A DNA stretch of 54,446 bases, the filler included, from Catajapyx aquilonaris (taxonomy: Eukaryota): NCBI GenBank assembly GCA_000934665.2. It is 3 parts of 3 records of this genome, joined end to end, with 100 filler letters (N's around TTAATTAATTAA, not from the genome) between each part and the next. Parts side by side here need not be neighbours in the genome. Positions count along the whole stretch, not along the records: positions 1 to 18,076 come from JYFJ02006784.1; positions 18,177 to 36,263 come from JYFJ02006785.1; 1 more part is not named here. One strand, given 5' to 3'. Below the pieces are notes generated by a model. It saw only the letters and a list, made by a program, of their open reading frames with translations. It made no database searches and was not told the origin of the DNA. Positions 11,901 through 22,406 of the stretch are shown one piece after another. The translations under genes were made by a program, and so were the position numbers. Within the stretch, counting starts at the first letter, position 1, and each line of letters begins with the position of its first letter.

Positions 11901-13128
11901 TTAGATACTGCAATGAGGGCTACAGTACTTTCAATTGCAATATAATCTGCATCTAGAAATAATTTTAGATTGTGCACTTCAGTCAAGCAAATGTGTTCTG
12001 CATAATAATGCGGCATCTGTGTCTCACACTATTTCCATTTGATTAAAAACAAACGATTTCCACTTACAACAGGTTGCAGAAGTAGGCCTAACAATTGCCA
12101 TGTTTTTGTTTTTCTCAGCATTGTTTTGCAAAAATCACACAGAAATGTTGACTTTCACTCTCCAATTTAGTTAGGGAGGGCTTCTCCCTAATTATGAATT
12201 TCCCACGAAAGAAACCACTCAAATTCATGACTGTAACTTTTTGAAATATTTTAATCACCAAAAACTGCACAGGTCAAAGAGAATGTCCCCTCCTCCTTAT
12301 TCAATGCCAAGGCACCCCCACCCACATAGCCCATATGCACTGCTGGCAGGGTCAGCATCCCAAGAGACTGCCAGTAGGGTATTATTCCTCAGCCCCTGAC
12401 AGGATTAATGGAGGGTTCCCAGTCACATGGCACCGAAGCAGGTTGGCATAGTGGATAGGGCGTCCGACTGCTAATCGGGAGGTCCTGGGTTCGAATCCCG
12501 GGGCCGGCAACCCTGACCGTGGTTTTCTGTGGTTTTCCATGGTCTTTCTAGGATAATTCCGGGGTCGCTTCCGTATAATAGGCCACAGCTGCTTCCTTCC
12601 TTCCCTATCCTTGGAGGTTGAAAGGCAATGCTGGGCCAACATCCTTAATACCAATTATAAAGTCATATGGCACCTGACCAAAGCAGGTTGGCAAGGTGGA
12701 TAAGGCATCCGACTGCTAATCGGGAGGTCCTGGGTTCGAATCCCAGGGCCGACGATCCTGACCATTGTTTTCTGTGGTTTTCCACTGTCTTGCTAGGATA
12801 ATTCCAGGGTCGCTTCCATATAATAGGCCACAGCCACCGAAGCAGTGGTAGCGGAGGGGATATGGTATCCGACTGCTAATCGGGAGGTCCTGGGTTCGAA
12901 TCCCGGTGGCCGCCGACCCTGACCGTGGTTTTTTGTGGTTTTCCATGGTCCCACCAGGAAAATTCTGGGGTCGTGTCCGTAATTATAGGCCACAGCCGCT
13001 TCCTTCCGTCCCTATCCCATCCCCATATACGTACGAGAAGTAAAAACGGAAAGCAAGAGTTCCAGATAAAAAAATATGGTGGTATCCCACCCCCCTAAGA
13101 GGGCCCATGGCCCTAGCACGGGGTACAA

Positions 13129-13161
<33 letters not shown>

Positions 13162-15911
13162 ATAGGCCACAGCCGCTTCCTTCCCTATCCTTGGAAGTTG
13201 ACAGGTAATGCCGGGCCAACCTCCCTAATATCAATTATTATAAAGTCATATGGCACCTAATTGATGGCGTGAGAGATGCTTGGCAGACAGCGGATAACTG
13301 GTTGCTTTCTCAGAGACTTGCCTGTGGCATTATACAGTATATATTTTGATGTTGTACTATTGTGTTCTCTATATTTGTATGCTCCTTTGAGTGTTCCATA
13401 AACCCGGGGTTATTGGTGGGCTGTAGGGCTGTTCCAGCCAGGCCAGCTCCTCTTTATCCCTTTCAATAGTCATATGGCACGTACCCAATCAGAGAGAACC
13501 ATCAGATATGTTGTTGACAGTGCAGGATTTACCCCCCCCCCCTCCCCCGCCCACTTAAAATTTAAACTTTTCTCTTGAGTTCTCCTCTTCATTTCATTTT
13601 ATTTAAAAATTTGTATTTCAACTTATGACCACCCCCAGAGGGCGGCCTCCCTTAGGCTTTTCTGCTTACAAGGGAAGTGTAAGTGTTGTCTGTGGAGTTT
13701 CTGAATGAAACTTGGCACAATAATATAGGCAGGTAAGTTATTAAAGAAAATGCAAACAATTTAGGCGGATGCCCACAAGGTCAAAAGTTATGACTTCTCG
13801 AACTCAAAAGGGACACATTCCAAGGTCTCACCGATTTTCTTGAAATTCGGTACATTGGTAGGCCACCCCAAGGGATGAAAAACGCACCTAAAGTGACCTG
13901 CTCAAAATGACCCGGTTGACTCCTTTTTGGGGGGCAGAAGTCAAGTCTTAAATGCCGACAACTCACCCATTTTCTTGAAATTCGGTGCATTGGTATCCCA
14001 CACTGTCATATTATATGTAAGATGTGATCGTTGTACGGACATGATTGGAACACATTGTTACAAACTGTTGTAGGTGCTAATGTACGATGCTTCATTTCAT
14101 CTGCAGGTGGTTTATGCTTCCGGCTTACGACAAATTAGGGAACTTTGATCTTCTGAATTTTCCAAGAGCTATAAGCTGGATTTGACGCCAGTCGGACAAG
14201 TAATTTGAGGAAAAATAATTTATGTATTATTCCCCCGAACAAATTCAGAAGAGACATTTTCAAATATGGCTGCGATCTAGCAATATAGCTCGTTGTAATC
14301 AGAGTAAATATCCCTTTCCAGTGATGCAATAAAATGTCTGCGTTTTTGAGTGAAACATCTGAAACTTCGCCCGTAAGGGATGAAAAATGCACCTAAAGAG
14401 ACCTGCTCAAAATGACCCGGTGGCCCCTTTTTGGGGGCTATCAATGCACCGAATTTCAAGAAAATTGGTGAGTTTCGGCCCACTGAAAGAGATTCAGTCG
14501 GGGATTCCGCTACAAAAATTGGCCGGACACGGTCAGCCCCCAGACGAGAGTTGAAATCCCCCATTAAAATAATGGGCAATAGGCCATCACACACTTGAGA
14601 CACTTTTAAATTTGGGACATTCAGTTGTTCCTCCAGCAGAAGGCTGGGAGCACAGTACGTTAAAATTATAAACAGTTCCAGACCCCCAAATTGCACTTTG
14701 ATGAAAATAAACCAGTTCGTGATTGTTATCAGAACAGGCTTCCAAACTTTTTACACTAAAATCAGAAGGCCCCCTGAGGGGCGGCCTACTTTGTGAACTC
14801 TTGTTGCAGGTGACTGAAAAGACACATACTCTTGATCCAGACTCGTCAGTGGGACCGTACCCACCACCCATGTTTCCAACAAACCCACCACCGCTGGCGC
14901 AGGGGAAGCAGCACATACATCTTGCAGCTTTGCACTTACACACACACACACCCACACACCAACACTATGGTTCTGCTTGTGCTGGATCCAAGGAGGGCCT
15001 CTTTCCCGGGTTCTCTGGCGCATCGGGGGAGGTCAGCTGCCTCTTGTTACCACTCATCCCACCTTGGATGACCGCACGGTTTGATCGGTGGCACATTTGT
15101 ATATCCTCTCCGTCCATAGTTAACTCGTACAAAGTCCCGTTTATGACCAGTTTATCCAATTTGAGTTTGGCCCGATCATTCCTGGCTTTAGCACTTTTCA
15201 GAAACGGCATTAGGAGTCACCTCTTGTCTCTTGTTGCAGTAGCAAAGTCCTCAGAAAGGTTAAAAGGTGTCATACGGAGGTTCCGTGCATTTGACAGGAT
15301 TTGATCCTTGTCCTTGTACCTGAGGCACGCCGCAATGATGGGACGGGACCCCCTCCTAACTCCCAACCGGTGAACTCTTTCAAACTCGATTTGGTTGGGG
15401 GATGAATGAAGACCTTGTTCACGTACGATTTTCAGGAACAGGGCTTCCGTATCAGCCCACCTCCCCTCGGAAGCTTCAGGTACCCCAAAAAGTATGATGT
15501 TGTTTCTCCGTCCTTATTTTCAAGGTTCTCCAGTTGATCACCCAGATAACTGATGTCGGAGCAGAGGGACGCATTTTCCTTCGTAAGAGCGGTGTTGCTT
15601 GACTGGAGTTCTGCCATCTCAGCAACCAAGACGGTTTTGGTCTCTTCCTAGGAGTTCCTCAAGCTCGAGATTGAGGTATCCACGCTGGTAATAATGTCCA
15701 GCGTGAGGCTATCCAGCAAGCTACTGATGGCTGCCATGGAGATCCGCTCCCCAGCTCCCTCCATCTCACTCGCACACGGTAATTGTAAAAGGTCCGTCAA
15801 CTAGGGCTGATCACCGACCCTCGAGTCAAACAAACGGGAGCGAGGAAAAATCCCAACCTTCCAGTTCGGGGTCTACTGCGCGTCTGAATCGGGTTATCAC
15901 AGGGTAATAGA

Positions 15912-15996
<85 letters not shown>

Positions 15997-16546
15997 TTGC
16001 CACCACTTGAAATCTTCCACCCTAGGCAACTGCCTAGGTTGCCTTGCCGTAAATCTGGCACTGGTTGTTGGGATAAGTTTGAAGGACATTTAAAATGGGG
16101 GTAATGCATTTAAAAATTTCAGGGCCAATTATTATCTATCTGTCCCCATTGAAACAGTTGAGCATTCAATCCCATAAAAAATAATCCTTTATTAGCTGCA
16201 ATCCAAGCTGCCAAAGGCTTGTAAATACACCCTAGGTGCACACTTTGAAACCCTTTAGCCTTTCGCATGTCCATCACTACATCCCAACGTTTTTTCTCTG
16301 CAGAATCTTTCTCGAAAAAGGTGGGTAATCAAAAAGGGGCCCTACAATACTGGATACAGGAACACCTGAGACTGGCTTTTGGTTACTTGCCTGTTATTCA
16401 TAGTGCTCATCGTCCAATGGAGGGGTATATAGTTCCATAATTCCTCCAGCATGCTGCAATCTGCTCCAGCTTCCACAAAAGTTTCCACAACTTCATAGTG
16501 GCCAGCCCTCACTGCCTTCATGACAGGAGTCATGCCAGGAACATCC
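5977..16546 (-). CDS. Ankyrin-repeat and SOCS-box protein (ASB-like), 5' incomplete; exons 16546-16391, 10056-9800, 9722-9458, 9349-9129, 6158-5977
   Basis: All junctions are phase-consistent. Ankyrin repeats include TPVMKAVRAGHYEVVETFVEAGAD and IPLHWTM...QEVLPIILENGFD. The C-terminal SOCS box reads VPSLKHLCRGGIRRAL...LDQLEIPETLKNFL. The first listed intron needs a GC donor. Confidence 0.8.
6297..6648 (+). mobile_element. Degenerate tRNA-derived SINE sharing the type B 3' tail
   Basis: Box A-like TGGTCGAGTCTG, a central GACATTGCACTTGCACC module, tail ccccctacaagggcccatggccctatcatggggta, then (AAT)n. Confidence 0.7.
7220..7552 (-). mobile_element. tRNA-derived SINE, family C
   Basis: Head GGGGAGGCGGAGTGGCGCTGCGGTAACG...GGTTCAATGCC; homologous to 43437-43783 and 43100-43413. 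Confidence 0.8.
8067..8657. mobile_element. Non-autonomous piggyBac-type element
   Basis: TTAA TSDs at 8063-8066 and 8658-8661, TIR cctgttga/tcaacagg, and a full-length inverted homolog at 39997-40563. Confidence 0.85.
10157..10302. mobile_element. Hairpin MITE
   Basis: ~45-bp inverted arms, agtccaccaagaattgtcgtagcggcagcgcac... / ...gtgcgctgccactacgacaattcttggtggact. Confidence 0.75.
10590..10662 (+). mobile_element. Possible Helitron-like 3' terminus
   Basis: Two GAGCGAAGCGAG motifs followed by ...tttttCTAG|T. The 5' end was not identified. Confidence 0.35.
10730..10810. mobile_element. Near-perfect 81-bp palindromic MITE
   Basis: cagggggtggattcatcaaatgtcgtaagtcaaattt, a short spacer, then aaatttgacttacgacatttgacgaatccaccccctg. 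Confidence 0.75.
12432..12660 (+). mobile_element. tRNA-derived SINE type A, copy 1
   Basis: Starts ACCGAAGCAG; box A TGGCATAGTGG and box B GGTTCGAATCC; flanked by AGTCAYATGGCAC on both sides. Confidence 0.85.
12677..13243 (+). mobile_element. tRNA-derived SINE type A, copy 2, interrupted by a type B SINE
   Basis: 12677-12835 plus 13175-13243 align end to end with copy 1; flanked by AGTCATATGGCACCT. Confidence 0.85.
12836..13159 (+). mobile_element. tRNA-derived SINE type B nested in SINE A2
   Basis: 15-bp TSD taataggccacagcc (12821-12835 and 13160-13174) and an (AAT)/(ATT) tail. Confidence 0.9.
13790..14530. repeat. DNA-transposon-like segment with internal direct and inverted repeats
   Basis: agggatgaaaaa..cacctaaag..acctgctcaaaatgacccgg occurs at ~13870 and ~14377. 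ttttcttgaaattcggt is repeated and appears inverted at ~14445-14475. Confidence 0.55.
14530..15905 (-). pseudogene. 5' portion of a CR1/L2-like LINE: ORF1 (15764-14965) and start of the APE endonuclease
   Basis: A coiled coil is followed by the ORF1 RRM motifs RRNNIILFGVPE, FERVHRLG, RPIIA, LSEDF and LKLDKLVING, with two stops and a frameshift. Downstream is the endonuclease motif IILMGDFNSRLG. Confidence 0.85.
15912..15995. repeat. (AAT)n microsatellite
   Basis: Pure AAT run. Confidence 0.95.
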
Positions 16547-17273
16547 CTGCATTTCCAGCAAGTCTATGTTACTTTTTATCAGTCTTGAAATCAGTAGCTG
16601 TAATTCCTCACAAGAGGATGATCTTTATCTGAAGGATGTCTTCCAGAATTGATTTTGCAGTGTAGCTTACCACAATAATTTTTCTTGCAAGTTGTTCCTA
16701 ATAATAATAAGTTATTTGAAAAAATGAAAATCTTTTTAAAAATAGCTGTTCACTGAATAGTGAAAGAATGGGCTTCAATGTTGAGAATTTGCAATTCTTT
16801 CCCATTAAAATGCCCACAGAAGGTGATACATACCTGGCTTCATTTTCATATTTAAGACAATTGCAGATGATATCTAACATTTTGCATAGCGTATAGTATA
16901 TATCCCGTCTCTTGGGACAAAGCCGTGAAGGATGATGATGATGACATTATTCAAAAACAATAATTTCCAATCAATTAAAAATGTGAAAATGCATGATTTC
17001 CCACTGTAATACCCATATGAGGAGTTGCCACCATGTTCAACCACCATTTATTTTATTCAATATAGGTTAAAATAAACAATATTCCACTCAAAAAATTGAT
17101 CATCACCACCTACCATTGCCATAAAAATTACAATTATAATCCTTCTGGGTTCTCAGCACCTCCCATGGCCATTTCCACTGCGAATAAATTGCAAATTCTT
17201 AACTTTCAAGCCTAGGTTTTCATTATTTAGAGAACAGATGTTTAAAAAGTGAGTTCCACTTTTTCACATACTG

Positions 17274-17485
17274 GTACAGTAAAACCTTGATATAATGCTC
17301 CCACATATAACTCTATCCTGCTTTTAGCACCCTTTTTTCCGGTCCCTTTCAACCCCATTAGGGCCAATGGTAAATGTTTCTGCTTATAACACTTTCCACT
17401 TATGTTTTCCAGCATATATTGCTAGGTTTCCCTGGTTCCCAGAAAAACTTCATCCCGCATATTATGTCAAAAGGCACATCATGTA
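17274..17485. mobile_element. Degenerate pogo/Tigger-like MITE
   Basis: Left end TA-CAGTAAAACCTTGATATAA; the right end is decayed and finishes ...tgTA. Confidence 0.4.
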
Positions 17486-18077
17486 TACAGGGCTTGAAGG
17501 CCACACTGCTGGCTGAAGTTTGGTTTGGGGAGAGAAGAGCCTTCGGGGACAGACTGGAGGAGAAGAAGGGGGGCTGGCAATGTTATGGCAATGGCGGGGA
17601 GGCTCTGCTGAGCTGATAGGCTTGCTGAGTCCTGGCAGGGTGTGGCATGAGACCCACAGGGGAAGGCCAGGGTGATCTTGAAATTAGGTATTATTTCCCA
17701 TAATCCTTGAAGGTATGTAGGCCATTGTGAGATGGTGTAAGGTGGGCCTTGTTGCCATGTGTTAAAACATGTGAACATTGTGGAGAGGCGGCTCATATTA
17801 ACTGTGACCCTGGTTAGTCACTATTGTTTTGTGTAGGCCTACTTCAGGGGATACTCTTGGGGTCTACCTGGTACGTGGGCCCGTCAGATAAATGTTAACT
17901 TGGTTTACTTGAATGATCATCCATATGCATAACAACAGTGAAGGCATTCATTTCCTGAGAAAAGTGTGAATTAAATCACTTTTCCCACATAAGTTATAAT
18001 GAATCCCCACTTATTCGCGAGACCCACGGCCTGTAGAGGCGCTGAAGTCAAATCCAAGATGGACGACAGGGGGGGGN

Positions 18078-18176
18078 NNNNNNNNNNNNNNNNNNNNNNN
18101 NNNNNNNNNNNNNNNNNNNNTTAATTAATTAANNNNNNNNNNNNNNNNNNNNNNNNNNNNNNNNNNNNNNNNNNNN
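18078..18176. other. Assembly spacer (N-run with TTAATTAATTAA)
   Basis: Ns flank TTAATTAATTAA (18121-18132), which has stop codons in all six frames. Confidence 0.97.
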
Positions 18177-18593
18177 GGGGGTGTCAAGAAGTTGCATAAA
18201 ATCGGTCACGCGGTATTTGCACGACCTCTTATAGGCTATTTTGTTCTGAGTGCCTTCAACATTATAAAATTCAGTTTTCTGCCAAATAGTTATACAGAAT
18301 ATAACTATTATTTTCTTCGGCCCCTTTCTCTCTCCATTCGAGGCATATCTCTAGCACCGTCATGATTTTCACACTGTGACACACCTTGTTACCTCCAACG
18401 ACTGAGGCCCGTGTATCACTGAGGAATCCTAAATGACTCGGACATTTCTTTCTATCGCACGTCAGATCAGGTCTCTCATATTGTCAACAAACGCCACATG
18501 AAGTGGAATAGACAGGTTGCACTTTAACCCCACCACCCACGTTCCTAGCCCAATATGACGGTCAAATATGGCACCATCTTGAGTCAACCTCAC

Positions 18594-19245
18594 ACCCTAT
18601 GTGTGTGAAAAGGGCTGCCAAGAATGTGATGTCACTTTTAAGGTCTAAGGTGTGTACGCGTACACACCTTACTTGTGCCTTACTGTGTATACAGTAAGGT
18701 ATCTTGACAAGCTCGCGAGAATGTGATGTCACTTTTAAGGAGTGTACGCGTACACACCTTAGACCTTAAAAGCAGGGCTGCAAAAGGAAACTAAACGAAA
18801 CTGAAAGAACCGTATGTCCTGCGTTTCTGTTACCAGAAACGATTCTGGAACCGAAACTAAATGCAGGAACAAAATGCTGGAAACGAAAGTCAAGGAAACA
18901 AAACTTCGGGTTCTCGGAACGAAACAATTCGGGAATCGAAAGTGATTTAGGTAACCGAACCGATTTGGTTTCGTTTCCTGTGACATGAGCTAAGAATCCT
19001 ATAAGAATCCAAAGAATCGTTTAGTTTCCGTAACAGAACGTGGTCCGGATCATTTAGTTTCGTTTCCGTAACAAAACAGAACGTGGTCCGGCTAATATAG
19101 TTTCGTTTCCGAACCGAAATGGTATAGCTAACATGTTTAGTTTCGTTTCCGTCGGAACGAAACTTTTCTTCCGTTTAGTTTAGTATTGCAGCCCTGCTTA
19201 AAAGTGACATCACATTCTTGGCAGCCCTTTTCACACACATAGGGT
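18594..19245. mobile_element. Palindromic MITE, rearranged, hosting a hAT element
   Basis: Arms accctatgtgtgtgaaaagggctgccaagaatgtgatgtcacttttaag and its reverse complement ending at 19245. Confidence 0.8.
18773..19196. mobile_element. Non-autonomous hAT element
   Basis: TIR cagggctgcaa/ttgcagccctg, perfect 8-bp TSD cttaaaag (18765-18772, 19197-19204), and many GAAAC/GTTTC subterminal motifs. Confidence 0.9.
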
Positions 19246-19433
19246 TCACAAGCTCGCGAGAATCGATCATAGCGAGAGACAATTCTCGCACCGTTGACTT
19301 CTGGCTCTCGCTAAAATGTCGCGAGTTAGCCGTAAAACACCGGTTCTCGCGAGATTGTGAACACGCCTTTAGTGTTGAAATCGCACACTCAGTGAAAACA
19401 ACTTCATCGCTGACTACCCCTTATAGGGAAATG

Positions 19434-19487
<54 letters not shown>
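19434..19487. repeat. (GTT)n microsatellite
   Basis: Pure run. Confidence 0.95.
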
Positions 19488-21811
19488 AGGAATGATCCAC
19501 TGAGATTTAAATTCATTCGCATCTGAGGTGAAGGTTTGAATCCATTTTCGCAGCTTAAATCCCCCTGGGATATTTCAAAAATAAAAATGATACTTACTCT
19601 CACTTCTAATTTTTTACATTTAACACTAGCTGTTACAAAGTATCTGTTTGAAGAAAAAAAATATTTTAGTGCAAAACTGCTAACCATAACAAGCAATTAA
19701 TCTGAAACACACTATAAGCATCGTCATATATTTTCAAAAAGCCGATCATCTGAATTTATTGTAATAAATTCTTCTTCATATGGCAGCATGAAGGTGGTCT
19801 TCTCGTAGGCCTATTTACATTGAATTTATATGTGCGTCAAAAAATTATTCGCACTTACTGGACCCAGCAGGATAAATCAGTCCGAATGACTTGCAACCAT
19901 AATTGGAACCATCAGATTTCGGGAATCGCTGCTCTGCGTGCTATTATGGAACGGGTTATACAGTACCAGGTAGGCCTATATACGAGCCTTCAATAATGAC
20001 CTGCAAAACCTTCCATCCACTCAAATTTGCTCCTGCGCAATATCATACCTTTCTCTAAGGAGCTGGCTACGCCTTGGGCGTATCCCGAGGCAAAACCTAT
20101 GACCTTCATATTAGATCAGGAAGCTACCAGCCCCTTGACCTCCTGCTTCAAGATATGGGGAATATAATTATAGTTTAGATATTTCATTAACGTCGTGATA
20201 TTGATGCATGGTTGCGATTGCGAGTGTAAGTAATTCGATATTACGAGGTTTTACGAGTTATGGCTTCACACTTAGGGCATCTCTGAGACGATTTACGATA
20301 TCGCTATATAATTATCTTGTGTGCACTTTATTATTCAATTCTTTGGGACCGCCACTTGAAATGTACGTTTTAGTTAGCGATTATCGGGCACTAGGCTGCT
20401 AATTTTTAGCAGTTACTTTTAGTACTGATCAAAAGTATCAGCTAATAGCGTTAGGTTCTACGCCTACAAAAAAATGTGTTCAATCTTGACTTTCTATTCC
20501 AATTGTCCCTATGAGACATTACCAATCAGAGGTTCATTGAAATTTATCGTCTTACGGGCCACTTATCCGAGAGTTTGAATATATTCTACTATATAAAAAT
20601 GTGGTCGCTGTTGTTATGACTCTTGGTCTTGGATACCTTGTAATATCCAGTGCAATTGTGTTGTTTTGTCTCCAGATACTGGGCCACTTATGACAATGAT
20701 TGCTATAGAAGTATAGAGGTTAACATCATTGTATTGCCTATGTAATCACATCATAACTTATTTATATGGTGGTGAAAAAGGTGGGCCAGTTTTCCTGCGT
20801 TCATACTGTAGTTTCCGTTCGAATTTCTGAAAAGAAATTGCACTTGCTGTTAAGGAGATTCTGGCCCCATTACTGATCAATTTTAGTTTCGTCATTCGTA
20901 CATGTGAATACAGGCTGAACAGAGCATAATATTCCATAATATTCAAAAAAGTCACCATACAAAATTTAAAAATGCGATTCATATCAGTGATCGAGCCGAA
21001 ATTGATGAAATCTACTAGTAGATTATCTCAAATATTTGAAAGGGATCTCAGAGAACAGGTGCCACAACTTTTACCACACCATGATTGTAAGTTATATTGA
21101 TATTGCATAACTTACCAGAACACAATAAAGGTATGACAAGTTTTACTTGTTTCAAGGAGATGAAAAAGTGCAACTGGGTGCAGCCTAGCTATTCTCAAAT
21201 ATTACTAAAATAAAGAGCAAGTTTTTGAGGGCAAGTTTGTAAATGGCACCGACATTCTGGACACACTTGATGTAAACAGGATTTACTACGACATTCGAGA
21301 GTGTACCGGTATACTAGTTTTCTCGGCCGGATTGCGGGTTAGTTTTGTGCACATTGAAAAAAAGCATCCAGGATAAATTTTTATTACCTTATCTCTCAAG
21401 TTGTACTCAGTCGTTGACACCATTCATTACTGAACCATAACAATAAGAATAATATGCAAGGTCCATTCAGGTGAAAGGGAGCCACTCAACCTCACATATC
21501 ATGGACACGAGTTGCAAATAAGTCTATGAATAAATATTATTTAAAATGCCGATACGTCTCAAACTAATGGACCCCCCCCCCCCAATTTCCCATGACACTT
21601 GTCGAGATTTTTAGTCTCATTGTTTCGGAAATTATTCATAACCATATCGGCCTACGGTTCAGTGATGTTCACTGTCGCTCAGCACTAACAATCTCCAGGC
21701 TTTTCACAAAGCGTCATTGCATTCGCCGAAAATTGGCGAACGGTGTGCAGTATCTTGACTATCGCGACAGAAGACTGAACTTTTGGATTGTAGCAAATTA
21801 TGGAATCAATT

Positions 21812-22062
21812 GAGGCGCTCAGAGGAAGAACGGCATATCCCAACCGGAGTTCGTTTGGAGAAAAGTTGATTTTTGTGTTTAGCTTTACCATTCAGCTAAA
21901 GCTACGGACATTTTACAAGTGGAATATGTGTGCTTTGACATGTCCCAATTCATTTGGTACTTCAGCACATGAAAGGTAGATGGAAGGAGAGTACAGCAGC
22001 GCTACAAACTCAAAATTGGAGGTCTGTTGAGATAATTATGCCGTTCTTCCTCTGAGCGCCTC
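21812..22062. mobile_element. Sola-like MITE
   Basis: TIR gaggcgctcagaggaagaacggcat; inverted homolog of 48186-48433. Confidence 0.7.
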
Positions 22063-22406
22063 ATCAGTTGGATGACTAATAGTTTTTGTCTGTCGACATT
22101 TCCAACAAGATGGAGTTGTGCTAATTTGTTACAGATGTGTGATAAGACCATCCATAAACCCTGTACATATTTGAAGGTATCATTATTTTGTGAATACTGT
22201 ATATATTGTGGTGACCCATAGATCGCCAACTATTTCTTAAGTAGTCATTTGATAAGAATGCAAGGAACTGTATTGTACAACTGAACTGTATGACAATCTC
22301 ACTGTTCGGCGCGGCGGTGGACATTTTCATCATCTTCTCTAATGCGGATTGCTTCTCAATACATCATATCCACTATAATAATCATGTAGTACGTATAAAC
22401 ACTATA

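Larger units (their letters stand above)
13518..16063 (-). mobile_element. hAT-type non-autonomous element expanded by nested insertions
   Basis: Ends cagtgcaggattt / aaatctggcactg; 8-bp TSD gttgttga / gttgttgg. The terminal parts match the 477-bp copy at 35266-35742 in reverse orientation. Confidence 0.75.

Noticed and set aside
12432..12920. Apparent cluster of tRNA-Ser(GCT) genes, or a CRISPR-like repeat-spacer array
   Set aside because: The repeats are SINE heads with imperfect acceptor stems followed by homologous SINE bodies. The intervening sequences are related to each other and there are no cas genes.
14723..15304. 193-aa plus-strand ORF
   Set aside because: It is the antisense shadow of the LINE ORF1 region.
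15797..16109. Poly-L/Y/I ORFs (also the poly-C/Q ORFs at 19218-19696)
   Set aside because: These are translations of trinucleotide microsatellites.
17479..17796. GC-richer 105-aa minus-strand ORF upstream of the ASB-like exons
   Set aside because: It has no ankyrin or other motif and no convincing splice sites linking it to the gene.
18121..18132. TTAATTAATTAA palindrome (also 36308-36319)
   Set aside because: It is an artificial linker inside N-runs.
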